A DNA stretch of 50,206 nt, counting the filler, from Ionaspis alba (lineage: Eukaryota), in the NCBI GenBank assembly GCA_964255285.1. It is 2 parts of 2 records of this genome, joined end to end, with 100 filler letters (N's around TTAATTAATTAA, not from the genome) between each part and the next. Parts side by side here need not be neighbours in the genome. Positions count along the whole stretch, not along the records: positions 1 to 25,065 come from CAXUUL010000162.1; positions 25,166 to 50,206 come from CAXUUL010000163.1. One strand, written 5' to 3'. A model generated the notes under the pieces. That model ran no database searches. It was not told the origin of the DNA and worked only from the letters and a program-made list of their open reading frames with translations. A program made the position numbers and the translations under genes. Positions 23,325 through 34,512 of the stretch are shown here, one piece after another. Every line of letters begins with the position of its first letter. Within the stretch, counting starts at the first letter, position 1.

Positions 23325-25021
23325 TTAAATATAATCCCTATTACTCTTCTGCAGCTCGATAAGTCTCCAGCCTCTCGTCTCAGGGTTATTGACATCCTCG
23401 GGTGTCCTCGTGACACCAATGGCATACGTGACTAGCTGTACCTTGTCTTCCATCCCTGCGGCGAGCTCGTTCGTCTTGATCTGACGATAGACGTGGACTT
23501 CTTGCGTTCGACACGTGATGATGAACACTGGAATTTCACCTGGCTCCAGCATTCTGGCAGACAAGATATCGACGTGCCTAATGTCCAGAATTCTACCATC
23601 GACCTTCAAGCCTGCCGCTGTCCATTGCTGTGCTAGCGCCGAATAGACTTGGAATTGTGCTGCCGACAACCACAACTTCAGCGTCTCGGTATCACCTTTG
23701 ACATAGGCGTCCAAGACCTCGGGTAGTATGTATTCACGCATCTCCCTCAGGAAAGGCTCGATCTGGAAGTTGGGGTCCATTTCACGAAACTTCTTGATAA
23801 CCATGGCTGTTTCGTTTTCGGCGAAGAAACCCGCGACACGATCGGAGATGCTGCGGGCTGTAGAGATAAGAGGGTTCTCAGATTCGTTATAGCTAGATTT
23901 GAGGGTAAAAAGGGATTGCATGAGGCGGTTAGAGTCTTTGAAGTCACGCCAAGACTCTTTCCAGGCGGCGTCTTTATGGAGGGTTACGTTTGTACCAGCT
24001 CTGTCAGGAAGAATTAGGGCATGTGTCTTGTTTTTGATCACAAAGATACTCACTCAGGGTCTTCTTCCATCTTCTCCAGACGCTTTCCCATCCGACCAGT
24101 TGCTCGTGCTTCGTTGAGTTCCCGCAACTCTCTTTTCTTCCGACGCTCTTCTTTCTCGACCCACCCGCCGTACCTCGAACTGCTCCCGTCATCGATGACT
24201 TCTTTCACACTCTTGAAAGCGGCTGTCTCTCTGACCGGCTTCGTGACTTTGTCGAGCCCCTTGCCAGTGGCACTGACGCCGGCGCGCACACCTTTTACCA
24301 CAGGAGTGTCCCAAGTCCACGCTGCACCTTGACCAATAACCTTGCCGGTGGTTTTCAGAGCGGAGGAAGTGGTAGATGTTGCTGCGCCTGACGCAGCAGT
24401 GTAGGCCGCTCGTGCGCGCTTGACCGATTCATTCTCCGTGAATTGGTGTGCTGAAGACGCCAGGGCTTTGGTAGATTCATTCCATTCTTTGGAAGCTTTG
24501 AATTCGCTACGGAGGGTGTCGGTAAAGACTTGCCACGGGGTTTTGTTGCCGTGAGGCGGAGGTGGCGGAGGAGGCTGGTTTGATTTTTCTTCCTTGCCCT
24601 TGCTATTCTGACCGTCCGAACCTTCGCTGCTATCTCCAGATTCTGACTCTTGGGATTTTCCTGAAGTCTTCGCTGATCCTGATGCCTCCCCATTGGCTGA
24701 GGCTTCGTCTGTCCGAGGTGGATCTCTGACCTCTTCTTGCTGAGCTTCCTTTGCGAATCGAGAGATGGATGACGAAAAACTTCTTGTTGATATAGGTCGA
24801 GCGTATGATCGTGGAGACGAAGAGGACAGTACAAGCTGGTGTAAGCTGTTCGATCGAGCATGTAACGAATTTTCTCTCCTTGTCGATATGGCATTCAGAT
24901 CTTGAAGTGCGATATGTAATCGTCTATAAGCTGCCGTTCTGCCATATGAGGCAAAGAGGGGAGTGATGGTTCTGGCGGTGCTGCCGCGAGAAGATGAACA
25001 TTGTCGTAACAGCAAGCTCAT
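23325..25021 (-). CDS. TIM44: Mitochondrial import inner membrane translocase subunit Tim44, 547 aa
   Basis: Exons 25021-24054 and 24000-23325. Arg/Ser-rich presequence, SSRYGG motif, and Tim44 C-domain (ESENPLI, FFAENETAMVIKKFREMDPNF, YILPEVLDAY, GWRLIE). Confidence 0.95.
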
Positions 25022-25065
25022 GATAAGGCTCACTCCGACAGAAGTAATGTAGAGGGTAGGGCGTG

Positions 25066-25165
25066 NNNNNNNNNNNNNNNNNNNNNNNNNNNNNNNNNNN
25101 NNNNNNNNNTTAATTAATTAANNNNNNNNNNNNNNNNNNNNNNNNNNNNNNNNNNNNNNNNNNNN
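25066..25165. other. Artificial contig-joining linker with six-frame stop spacer
   Basis: 44 N + TTAATTAATTAA (25110-25121) + 44 N = 100 nt. The palindromic 12-mer gives TAA stops in all six frames. Confidence 0.95.
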
Positions 25166-26993
25166 CAAGCCGCCAAAAAAACCCTGCAGCAAAGGGCGTT
25201 CGAGTGGCTTTGGCACCTTCCTTGCTAGGCTTTTCCCCCAACACCATACCAGTCTAGCGATTTGCGCGTGTTTCGTGCATGAGCGTGTCAGCATTGGCAT
25301 GAGCGACGCGCTGGTGGCGAGAAACGCTGGCGGCGATCTTCATGTGAATGGGTTGGTTTATCGTGTTCGTTTTGCTGCTGATATAGTTAGGTTGCGGTTG
25401 GCTAGATTCGCCGGGGTGAGGGAAGTTAGTGCGGAGATCAACGTCTTTCAATCGGTGGGTCGCTGCTTAGAGACCTTGATGGGGAGGACTGCCATGGCTT
25501 TCACGTGTATTTGACAAGATCGAAGGATTCAGTGGTGGCTGCGAAGATAGTTGATTTCGGTAATCATGATTCGTGTACGCTTGATGTGGTCGTGGGAGCC
25601 GACCTAAGATACACTTTTTACACCAGGGAGCGTGGAGTCGCGAATAAACGCAGCTGAAGATCGGACGGTCGGAGATAGGTCCTCGGTTAGGATGCCGTAC
25701 CACTGTTCGCAGAGCTCCTCGACTTCATGGAGAACTTTTAGGTTGAGCCTTTCTGACGACATGAATTGCCTCTTTTTCCCCAAGTCCTATCACTTGAAGC
25801 TCGAAGCACAGACGCCGCACTAGATTAGTCGATGCCGGCAATAATGTCTCGCATCTTGATCGGTTGTGCGACGGCGGCGATGATTTGGTGGGGCGCATGA
25901 ACCCTGCCTTGGAGGTGGAGGAGGGGTTGCAGGGTGAGAGATACCCCAACAATACTTGTAGCCGTATACATACTTGGAAGGAAAGAGGGGTGAAGAGGGT
26001 TAATTGAGGAGTAGCCCTGGCGTATGGCGTTCATGATGGGTGCTGTTTGGTTCGTGATGCGGGAAGCATCAGCGCCGGTTTGACTCAGGAGCTTGACTGC
26101 ACGGTTACACAAGCTGGCGATCATCAACGTACTGTACGGTTGTCCAGAACATCCACTGCTCCGAGACACAACCTCGGACCCCGCGAGATTTTAGTCTTAG
26201 CACATCAAACGCCTTCGCCGGCGGGCAGCTCAGCCACAACCACTTCTGACAGCGGCCAATTGCAGGTATGCTCCTTGCCTGCGCCTCAGAGCCCCGAAGC
26301 CACAGACGACGCCCAGCCGGTACCGGTCCGATTGCTCCAGACCGTGACTCTGCAGCCAGCTTGTCCCCTGCGGGGAAGAAATGTATATCTTGATCGTGGA
26401 TGGACCGATCAATAGAGCTGATGTCTCACTTTTCAGCGGTTACGTCAGCCGAAAATCTCACTCTACGTAAACATAAAGTCCAGCCAGAAGTCCCTGTGAC
26501 GATAGAGGCTCGATCACCAGACCCGAAGGTAACATTGAATCTGCACATGTCAAATTGGGCTGCCCCTTGAATCTCGAATTTGCTTGCTGTCTAGCGATCT
26601 CCATGTCCCAAGTGCCAATCGGCCACTCAAGCCCATTATCAGAAATTTTCGATTAGGGGTCGAAGTGGAGGAAAATTCAAAATGCCGCCCACCCCATACC
26701 CAAAAACCCAAACGCCAGTCTAGTGAGTCCGGTCGACCTGGTAAAAGTACACCAAAAAAACAGCCTTTTTAGTACGAAGCGCCTAACGTAACGAAGGGTA
26801 AGACAAAAGACGCGGCACGCGCTCAAAACGCAGGACAAACACGTGTTCTGCAGAACTTTCAAGGTCAAACCCAAAACATGTCACAGATTCGCAGACCAGG
26901 TTCGAGTGAAATATTATCGATAGGTCCAAGGCACTGTCTGTGGTAAGAATGATGGTAGTCGGTACGGCAAAGTCGGTTCGAGGACCACTTCCT

Positions 26994-28556
26994 TTATTGA
27001 GTGAAGTTCTGGCGAGCTCGGATGTCGGCGGCCCTGTCCCGCTCCATTTGGCTAATGTGTACCATACGATAGCCACCATTGGCGTCGGCGCCTTCGCGGC
27101 TGCCCCAAGCGGTCTGATAAGAGGCCACTTTGTTAGCCATTGAGGACTATTGAGAAGCACTAGGGAAACAAGCGGCAGATCGGCAAAAGAGTAAAAGTGA
27201 CGAACGTGAGGGGCAAGTGGGCCGCTAGTAGGGCGTCGACTTACCACATGAAGAGTGCAGGCGGCGTGAAGCTTGATGCCGCCATGGAAATAGCCGAATA
27301 GAATGGACACGGGCAGGAGTAGCAGGTCGACCGGAAAACGAATATAGTGATCGATGAATTTGATACACTTGCTCAAGATCATGATGGTCAAGAGTATAGA
27401 CAATGCGATTGACTCCTTGGGGCAGAAATATATTAGTCCTGCATCCCATAGCAGTGCCCATTGAGTAATGGTAGTTTGGTGTACTGCGTATGTACTCCAC
27501 GGTTGCTGTCTGCTACCGTCAACATGCGACAAGGATTCCTCGCTATTGAGACTAACCTCCAGATATGTCCCTCCACGAACATGCTTGTAATGTTACTTCG
27601 CCAATTGCTGCGAGACCAGCGCAGGCACTGCTTTAGGAACTTCGGATTATCTTCGAGTGTAGTCAGAACCTCGGCTCCTCTGTGGTACTGAAATGCTATT
27701 TTGTAGTTGTGCGATACAAGCCATCTTGTGATGAAGTTGTCGTCATCTGCATTCAGTTGATATTCACGCCGCCATTCCTCGTGGGTAAAGCCGTATATGA
27801 ATGTGTCTTCACACAGGATCTTGGTACGATATGCCACTGTTCTTCCAGATAGACAGGGCAAGCCTCCATCCATGTAATTGCAGGATGCACAGTCGAAGTT
27901 TCTTCGGAGCAGGTAGAGATTCCCCAAATAACCCCAGACTCGCTGCTTCAACGTTGGGTTTTCTGCACGTCTCAATCTCTGATTCGTTCCAACGCCGCCG
28001 TATGCTTCATCCTCCAAGGGAGCCAGCATCCAGGGCAGAAGCGTCCTCGGCCACGTGACGTCGTCGTCTGCGAAGATCGTAACGTCTGTGCGAATTTCTG
28101 GGAGCGCTCGAACCATTTGGCGGCGTTTGTTTGGCTGGGTGACACTCAGAACCTGTATTTTGGAGGACTCAAGACCTTTGACCATCATTCTCGCTCTTTC
28201 CACATTCTGATTGATGGTAACCAGGATGATTTCATAGGGTCCCGTGACAAGGATACTGCGAATGGTTTCCAGGAGGCTCGAGTCATCATTGTCACAGAGT
28301 GAAGGAATAACCACAGTGACGTCTCTAGACGTCAATTTTGGATTCTCTGGGATTGGAATAGGTCGAAGGCTCCAACGAGCCATAAAATTAATGAGTAACC
28401 GAAGGTATCGAAATAGGCTAAACTCGGATCAGTCGATGCTTTGAATGTCCAATAATTGTAGAAGAAAAATTGCCGGAGCGGGAAACCATACACGAATGAC
28501 CAGAAGTAGATGTGATCTGCAAACATGCCACAATCAAAGGCAACGGAATCAAACAT
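26994..28556 (-). CDS. Processive GT2 glycosyltransferase, Cps1-like polysaccharide synthase, 436 aa
   Basis: Exons 28556-28492, 28417-27557, 27509-27245, 27113-26994 join in frame. Motifs VTVVIPS, NKRRQM, FADDD, CLSGRT, NADDDNFITRW, QCLRW (QxxRW) and TAWGSR, with C-terminal TM helices. Confidence 0.9.
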
Positions 28557-30890
28557 GGCAAGATCAAACGAAGGTGAAAAGCGACCGTATCATGACAAAC
28601 ACCGAATTATCTATATTGCTCTAAGTGTGCGTATAGGAGATTGGAGCGAGGGAGGGGAGGGACAGTTTTTTTGGAGAAAGGTACGATGAGATCTTAATAT
28701 CCCAAGCCACCGATGAACAAATGTTAATGTACCGTGTAAACTGTCATGGCCATGGACCTTCTGGCTAGGTATGGAGGTGCATGACTTAGTGGCCGCTGCA
28801 GAGGAAGGCTCTTGCGCCATATGGTCCCCCACCTGTACCGATCGGGCTGGCTTGGGCGGGTGATTGCGAGGGACGATGCGCGTCTGGCAACGACCGTGGT
28901 CGCTGGCCGCTGATTAAAGAAGACATTGCACCTTCCATCTCTCCACAAATCCACCACCGCATCGAAGAAAATCGACAATGTGGTGTTGGTTGTGATTGGG
29001 GGTGCAGTCCCCTGTCCTGCACGCGCATGAGTTGTGGTTGGTCTTAGCGGCAAGCTAGGATGACAACGTCAAGCCGCAAACCATGTCCACCCCACCATCT
29101 TTTGCCAATTCGCCCCGGCCGTTCTCTTTTCTTGTGTTTTTTGGCCTTTGGCCTGCCTTGTGACAGAGAATTCCAGTGAGACATGTACTCCACAAGCAAA
29201 GTAACCCGAGGAAACAATGAGACAAACAACGAGGAAGGAGGAACGGAATCTTCCGGAGCGAAATAATAAACATAATAAGAAAAGCTCGGAGGCTGACTAC
29301 GAAACGCCATGTCTCCAATAGGAAGAATACCACGGAGAGACTTGAGGGACAGAACGAGAAAAAGTTGTATCATTCAAGGAAGGCCAAATTGCCAATGCAA
29401 CAAAGTATGAAGTAAAGTAGGAGTAGCAGCAAGCTACTTGCTTCTATTCTCGATCAGTTCATAGTTCGCATAATCAACGTCGACAATGCCGGCAAAGTTG
29501 GCGACAAGGGTAGCGCCTCGACGTAGTGGCGTTTCCGAAATATTGATCGTGCACTTTTGAGTCGGGATTTCTCAATCAAGTAGGCCAATTGTCTGCTGCC
29601 TATCGTCACGGCCAAATGAACGCTTACAATCATTCATGTTAGCGACGGGAGGCTCCCCCGTCCGGGCGTGCTGTTCGATCCTATCTTCATTCCCCTGCTG
29701 CATGTTTTATCTAGGCCTGACGCACCCTTCGTGATCATAGGTACGCAAGAGCGTCAAACTTTCGGGTGCGTTAGCAAAGCCGTACTTACGATCAACTATA
29801 CACGTAGGACCACTCCCCACGAGCTTGCATGGCGCACGCTCAATGTTTCGGTACGCCGCAACAACCACTTTGGGTTACCGGACTTCCAACCACTCGGGTC
29901 CAGCTCGTGTTGCTGCCACCAGCTTCACGAACTCTTGGAGTACCTTTCCGCGGATGTAGCTTGCAATGTCGGGAGAGTAGAGGCATAGGCGCAGGCGACC
30001 TTGGCCTGTCTACAATAAACCCGTAGAAGCCGTTTTTCACGCTTTTTGGTCGGTCGAGTATCCGTAAGCGTCATGGCGCGATCAAGCACACCCACCCTAC
30101 CTAAGCGCATGATCTTCGGAGACGCAACGGGGGGAAGCACACCCTTGCTTCCGATGCAGGTCCTGCTCGAAATCAGCATGGCAGGTAGTGTGTTGCAGGT
30201 TGTAAGTGCGGCGTGAAATTCGATGCAGGTCTTTGACTGCAAGCAGGAAATCCCCAGCGAGGGTGCTATCATCTGCAGGTTTAACAGCCCTCTAATGTCA
30301 AAAACCAGGATCGTACATGAATGATGTCAAATACTAGTGGCTCGTTGAGGAATCGAAGTAGCGATCGAATGGAAAGGCTGCAGCAACAATTTCTGCGCGG
30401 CGAGATCGGAACACAAGTCATCTCCGCAACAACGCTACAACTTGATCTCTTCTACTTCGCCATGCTGACGCACGGATCGATACGTGTCTGGTGCATAAAG
30501 GGTACGGATAAGTCGGGTTTTTGCGGTAATAGAGGAGATTTGCAATCAAACAAAAGATACGAGAAGTATTCGTTCGCACAGGACGAGCCGCAAAAAGAAA
30601 ATAAAACACAGGTTACAACACAGAGAATGCCGTCACTCTCTGGAGGCAAGAAACATATTACGTCAAATCATGATGTCGGTCTCCAGTGATCTCCAAATCT
30701 GTACGACCCACTCGTCTCGCACTCACTTCACAGCTGCTAGTGAGAGAGTGCTGCACGTTAGGAGTCAAGTTCAAAAGCATGGATGACACGCCGAAGACAC
30801 GCGTGAAGACAGATCCACCGGCTTCGCATCATGGATCCTGCATCTCAGCGAGACAGTTCGAGGCCTAAAAAGTCAACAAGCCCAGAAAGA

Positions 30891-32141
30891 TCACCTTGGC
30901 TGCCATAGCCAATCGCGACTATTGAAGCTCACTCTGAAGCTCACTTCTCCAAATATGCCAACCGCTCCATAAAGGTCGAATTTGCCATCAAGACCCAGAA
31001 CGCCAAACTCGGAGTCAGCATCCAGCTCCTCGTGCAGGTTCCAACCTCCATCTTTTCTACCGTTCCTAGTGAAAAAGATCTCCGCATCAAGTGGGGTTCC
31101 TTCGATCGGCGAAGGTCTGTAATCGGCTGCAGCTTTGGGAATAGAATACACAATACCAATACCAACTGTATCTCCTGCTTTTACAGGCGCTGTGAAATCT
31201 TTGCCACCGTCCGTGTCGTTGACGTACCGACGGCCATCGTCAGAATGTACAGCTAAACTCCCTCTCTCCCAGCCGGGCATTCTCCAGGTCGGGTAGGGGA
31301 CAGCGCAGTAGCCAACAGCGAGGGAGCTCTCGTCGCCACCCCTGCCGCGACCGATAGAGTCGACCTGAACTTCGAAGTAAATAGTTTTTGGGACCTCGGT
31401 GATGAAGGGGGAGTCTGTTTGTGTAAAGTAGAGTGGAAGTGAGGTCAGGAGACAGGAGTCTTTGCTCCCAGCTCGCGTCGAGCCTCTCCATGACCCTGTA
31501 CCCGTAGCTTTTAGGCTTCCATTGTACTCTCTAGGCTGAATAAGCTGGAAGGTTGTGTTCCTCACACTCATGGATTGCTCGTATGTGGGCTGGTGAGGGT
31601 GAATCAACGGATACTGACGGCACCACTCGTGCGCTCGTACGGCATCGTCATAGCTAGCATTGCTGGCTGGGCTTGCCTGATGACCTAAAGCTGGAGGTGG
31701 CGGGAGAAGCGCAGTGTCTGGTATTGATGTCCAGTCATGGTATGGAGGCGGTTGTTCTTTCGTGCCCTGCTGATGAGATGGAGGTGGTCCAGCTGGTGGT
31801 TGATACTCTCCATAACTATGTGGGGGAGATGGGCCTGGTGGTGGAGCATATTCATTGTTGTGATATGAAGGTGGAGGGCCTGGAGGAAGGGCGTAGTCAT
31901 CGATTCTGCGCGATGGCGGAGGACCTGGAGGTGGAGCATAATCGTTGGTCTGTTGAGAAGGCGGAGGGCCGGGAGGAGGGGCGTATTCATCGACTCTGCG
32001 CGATGGCGGAGGACCTGGAGGTGGCGCGTACGACTCCTGGTCGTACTGATCAATTCTTCTCTTGCTCTGAGATGCAGCATCTGAGGATGAGTCTCCGATC
32101 TTGTCAGGATGATCACCCTTCAGCGACTTGAAGAGGCCCAT
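30891..32141 (-). CDS. SPRY-domain protein (Ssh4/Ear1-like SPRY) with Pro-rich repeat N-terminus, 416 aa
   Basis: Single ORF. SPRY motifs IYFEV, PYPTWRMPGW, SLAVHSDDG, GDTVGIG, FFTRNG. A PPPY motif is present. Confidence 0.88.
   Translation of the reverse strand: MGLFKSLKGDHPDKIGDSSSDAASQSKRRIDQYDQESYAPPPGPPPSRRVDEYAPPPGPPPSQQTNDYAPPPGPPPSRRIDDYALPPGPPPSYHNNEYAPPPGPSPPHSYGEYQPPAGPPPSHQQGTKEQPPPYHDWTSIPDTALLPPPPALGHQASPASNASYDDAVRAHEWCRQYPLIHPHQPTYEQSMSVRNTTFQLIQPREYNGSLKATGTGSWRGSTRAGSKDSCLLTSLPLYFTQTDSPFITEVPKTIYFEVQVDSIGRGRGGDESSLAVGYCAVPYPTWRMPGWERGSLAVHSDDGRRYVNDTDGGKDFTAPVKAGDTVGIGIVYSIPKAAADYRPSPIEGTPLDAEIFFTRNGRKDGGWNLHEELDADSEFGVLGLDGKFDLYGAVGIFGEVSFRVSFNSRDWLWQPR
31776..32045 (-). 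repeat. Coding tandem repeat, 6 x 45 bp (15 aa; consensus xxxxxYAPPPGPPPS)
   Basis: Tyr at residues 38, 53, 68, 83, 98 and 113 of the SPRY protein, each followed by an APPPGPPPS-like run. Confidence 0.9.
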
Positions 32142-32574
32142 TGTGTTTGAGAGTTTTGCAAATATCCTTTGAGTGCGAAATAGACGTATGATAGATGCAA
32201 GACTTTGCTAGTGGAGCTGAGGAATATGTATGAAAGGATGATGATTGTGTGGAGAAGTGAATGAAGAGCACACCGCCTTTTGCTAATATTCCATCATTTG
32301 TGCCTGGGCGCACATGGCTCAGCATTAAGCTCAGCCACGGTGACGTCGATCCATCTTGCTTGCTTGCATTAGCTTGCTATCGAATTTATAGACTAATCAA
32401 GCGATATTCCATCAATAGTAGGCAATTCCTACATATCTCTAGCATCATGAGCCGTGGTAAACATCTTGTATATACATCTACACCGATAATTATCAAGTGA
32501 GAAATATCGACAATGTTGGCCTCGCTAGCCTACTTGATTTACGACATGAGATTTCGTGGGTAAAAGTAATCTGT

Positions 32575-33675
32575 CTATTCCAAGAGCAGACCTTCTCCAC
32601 TTCCTAACGGTGTAAATCTCACATTCTTCAGTCTCAATAGAGCTTCCGAATCCACGCTATATCCCTTCTCTGATCGTTCCCGTTCGATCACTTCTGCAAG
32701 ACTAAGTTGTTTCCGACGGAGCAAAGAAGAAACCAAGCCTCCTCCCTCTTTCACTTCGTCATGGGTGCCAATCCAGTACTTAGCTCCACAGGCTTGCTGC
32801 ACCTTCAGGCCGTTATGACCACCCAAATTGAGTTGCGCGGCCATGGTGAGTGTCACATCATGCAAGCCGTGCAACAGTGCCAGAGTCTTGATCGATGGTA
32901 CAGCCTCATTTATGGGTTCGACATCTTTGGGAAAGATGCCGTGCGGTGTGTAGATGATGGCCTCAGCAGCAGCTTCGCTACCCGAGGCTCTGTTGATATT
33001 GAATGCGAGGAGTAGAGCTGAGTGAAGATATGCCGCATCACGTTTCTTTCCAATCCTGGATATACCGATCCAAGATGGTAGACGAGGGACTGAAGTGGTC
33101 GTCCAATCGAAAGGTTTTTCTGAAAGCAGAGGGATGGTAGACAGTTCTGACACGTGATGAAAGTGTTTCCACGAGTCGACTATGCTAGCGGCCGTCCCTG
33201 TGGCAAATACAGGCACGGTAGGGTCGATCTCATGTAGAGTTTCCTTGTGCATGTGGTCTGTAAATTCATATGAAATTACCACAGCATCGATGAAGGTCGT
33301 CCTTTGCATTTCTATATTGTCAAAATTTTCCTCGTTCTTGCCACCGCTGCCGGCCTTACATGCTAGCTCCTCGCTGGCTTTCAATGCCTCATCTAAAGCA
33401 CTGATAGTCTGAACACTGGAAGGTATGGCGTGCCATTGTTTTGAGAACCAGGGATGATAATCGGTCTGCGTCCCTCTGAACCAGGGGTCGATAAGTATAT
33501 TGTACCGAGTTCGATCAGGTGGCGGTGCGACATTTGGCGGATATGGGAGTTGGAGAAGCCAAGAGGTGTCGGCATTCAGATGCGTCAATATAGGCCGTTC
33601 GACTTTCAAGGTCTTCGCAATGATGCTACAAAGTTCTCCTTGGAGCTGACTTGATGCGACCTCGCTCTCCCTCAT
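32575..33675 (-). CDS. Metallo-beta-lactamase-fold hypothetical protein, 366 aa
   Basis: Single ORF. LTHLNADTSWLL, NILIDPWF, VVISYEFTDHMH, YTPHG and WIGTHDE match the order of MBL-superfamily motifs. Confidence 0.75.
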   Translation of the reverse strand: MRESEVASSQLQGELCSIIAKTLKVERPILTHLNADTSWLLQLPYPPNVAPPPDRTRYNILIDPWFRGTQTDYHPWFSKQWHAIPSSVQTISALDEALKASEELACKAGSGGKNEENFDNIEMQRTTFIDAVVISYEFTDHMHKETLHEIDPTVPVFATGTAASIVDSWKHFHHVSELSTIPLLSEKPFDWTTTSVPRLPSWIGISRIGKKRDAAYLHSALLLAFNINRASGSEAAAEAIIYTPHGIFPKDVEPINEAVPSIKTLALLHGLHDVTLTMAAQLNLGGHNGLKVQQACGAKYWIGTHDEVKEGGGLVSSLLRRKQLSLAEVIERERSEKGYSVDSEALLRLKNVRFTPLGSGEGLLLE

Positions 33676-34512
33676 TGTTGTTCTTCTAAAATCCTAATTA
33701 TGTGGTGAATACACTAAGTGATGGACTCTGATCGCACCGCGTGAGTTCATGATGAACGATGTGGCGGTTATTGAATTTTGCGGAGGTGCACAGCCTCATG
33801 ATGTCGATCCAAGATTTTGGTGGGGTCGTAGCTGTCAGAATTGCACCGGCAGTGGGAACCGAGACTGAGGTGTCCTGCATGCTGTGAGGTACCAGCGAGT
33901 ACCCAAAGTAGTAACAACGTTGAGGAATATAGGGAACCAAATGAAAAGCGTTCTGTAGATCGCTATGATTGTATACAAACATGTGAAAGATCGAGATTCC
34001 TACAAAGTATCATTTGTCATATACCAAGGAAAGTTCTCTCTTGGCTCCTGCATCATTTCCATCAATGTCAAAGATAAACTAGGTTCTGTGCCGTGTCCTG
34101 CACGCGCCTTGGATCTTCTAGATGACGATAGAAGTGTTGGGATCGTTATCGTGACGATGCTGGTGAATTCTTGGTTCCAGCACATCGCTTTCACTGCATT
34201 TCACAGTTCATTCTCATCTTTTCTATTTGTTTGATTGAACACTTCCTGCTCTGATTCATTAAAATCGCTGGCTCTTGGCGCCACGTCCTCATTGTAGCAG
34301 CTGCCTTGTTTGCCCTCGATAGCCAAGGATTATCAGGTTATCCTAGCGTGCCGAGCCACAGCCGCCTTCTTTATCCTTCGCTTTGTCCCCAATTGAGTCG
34401 CATTCTTCAACATCCTTCGGAACCTACACAATAATTTCGTTCAACTAAGCATCTTCGTAATCCAAGCACTCTGGTGCTTACTGAACCTCGCTCTTCCTTA
34501 GGAACAACGCCG

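Noticed and set aside
25110..25121. TTAATTAATTAA palindrome as a regulatory site or piggyBac TTAA target
   Set aside because: It is centred between two 44-N runs and is a synthetic six-frame stop linker.
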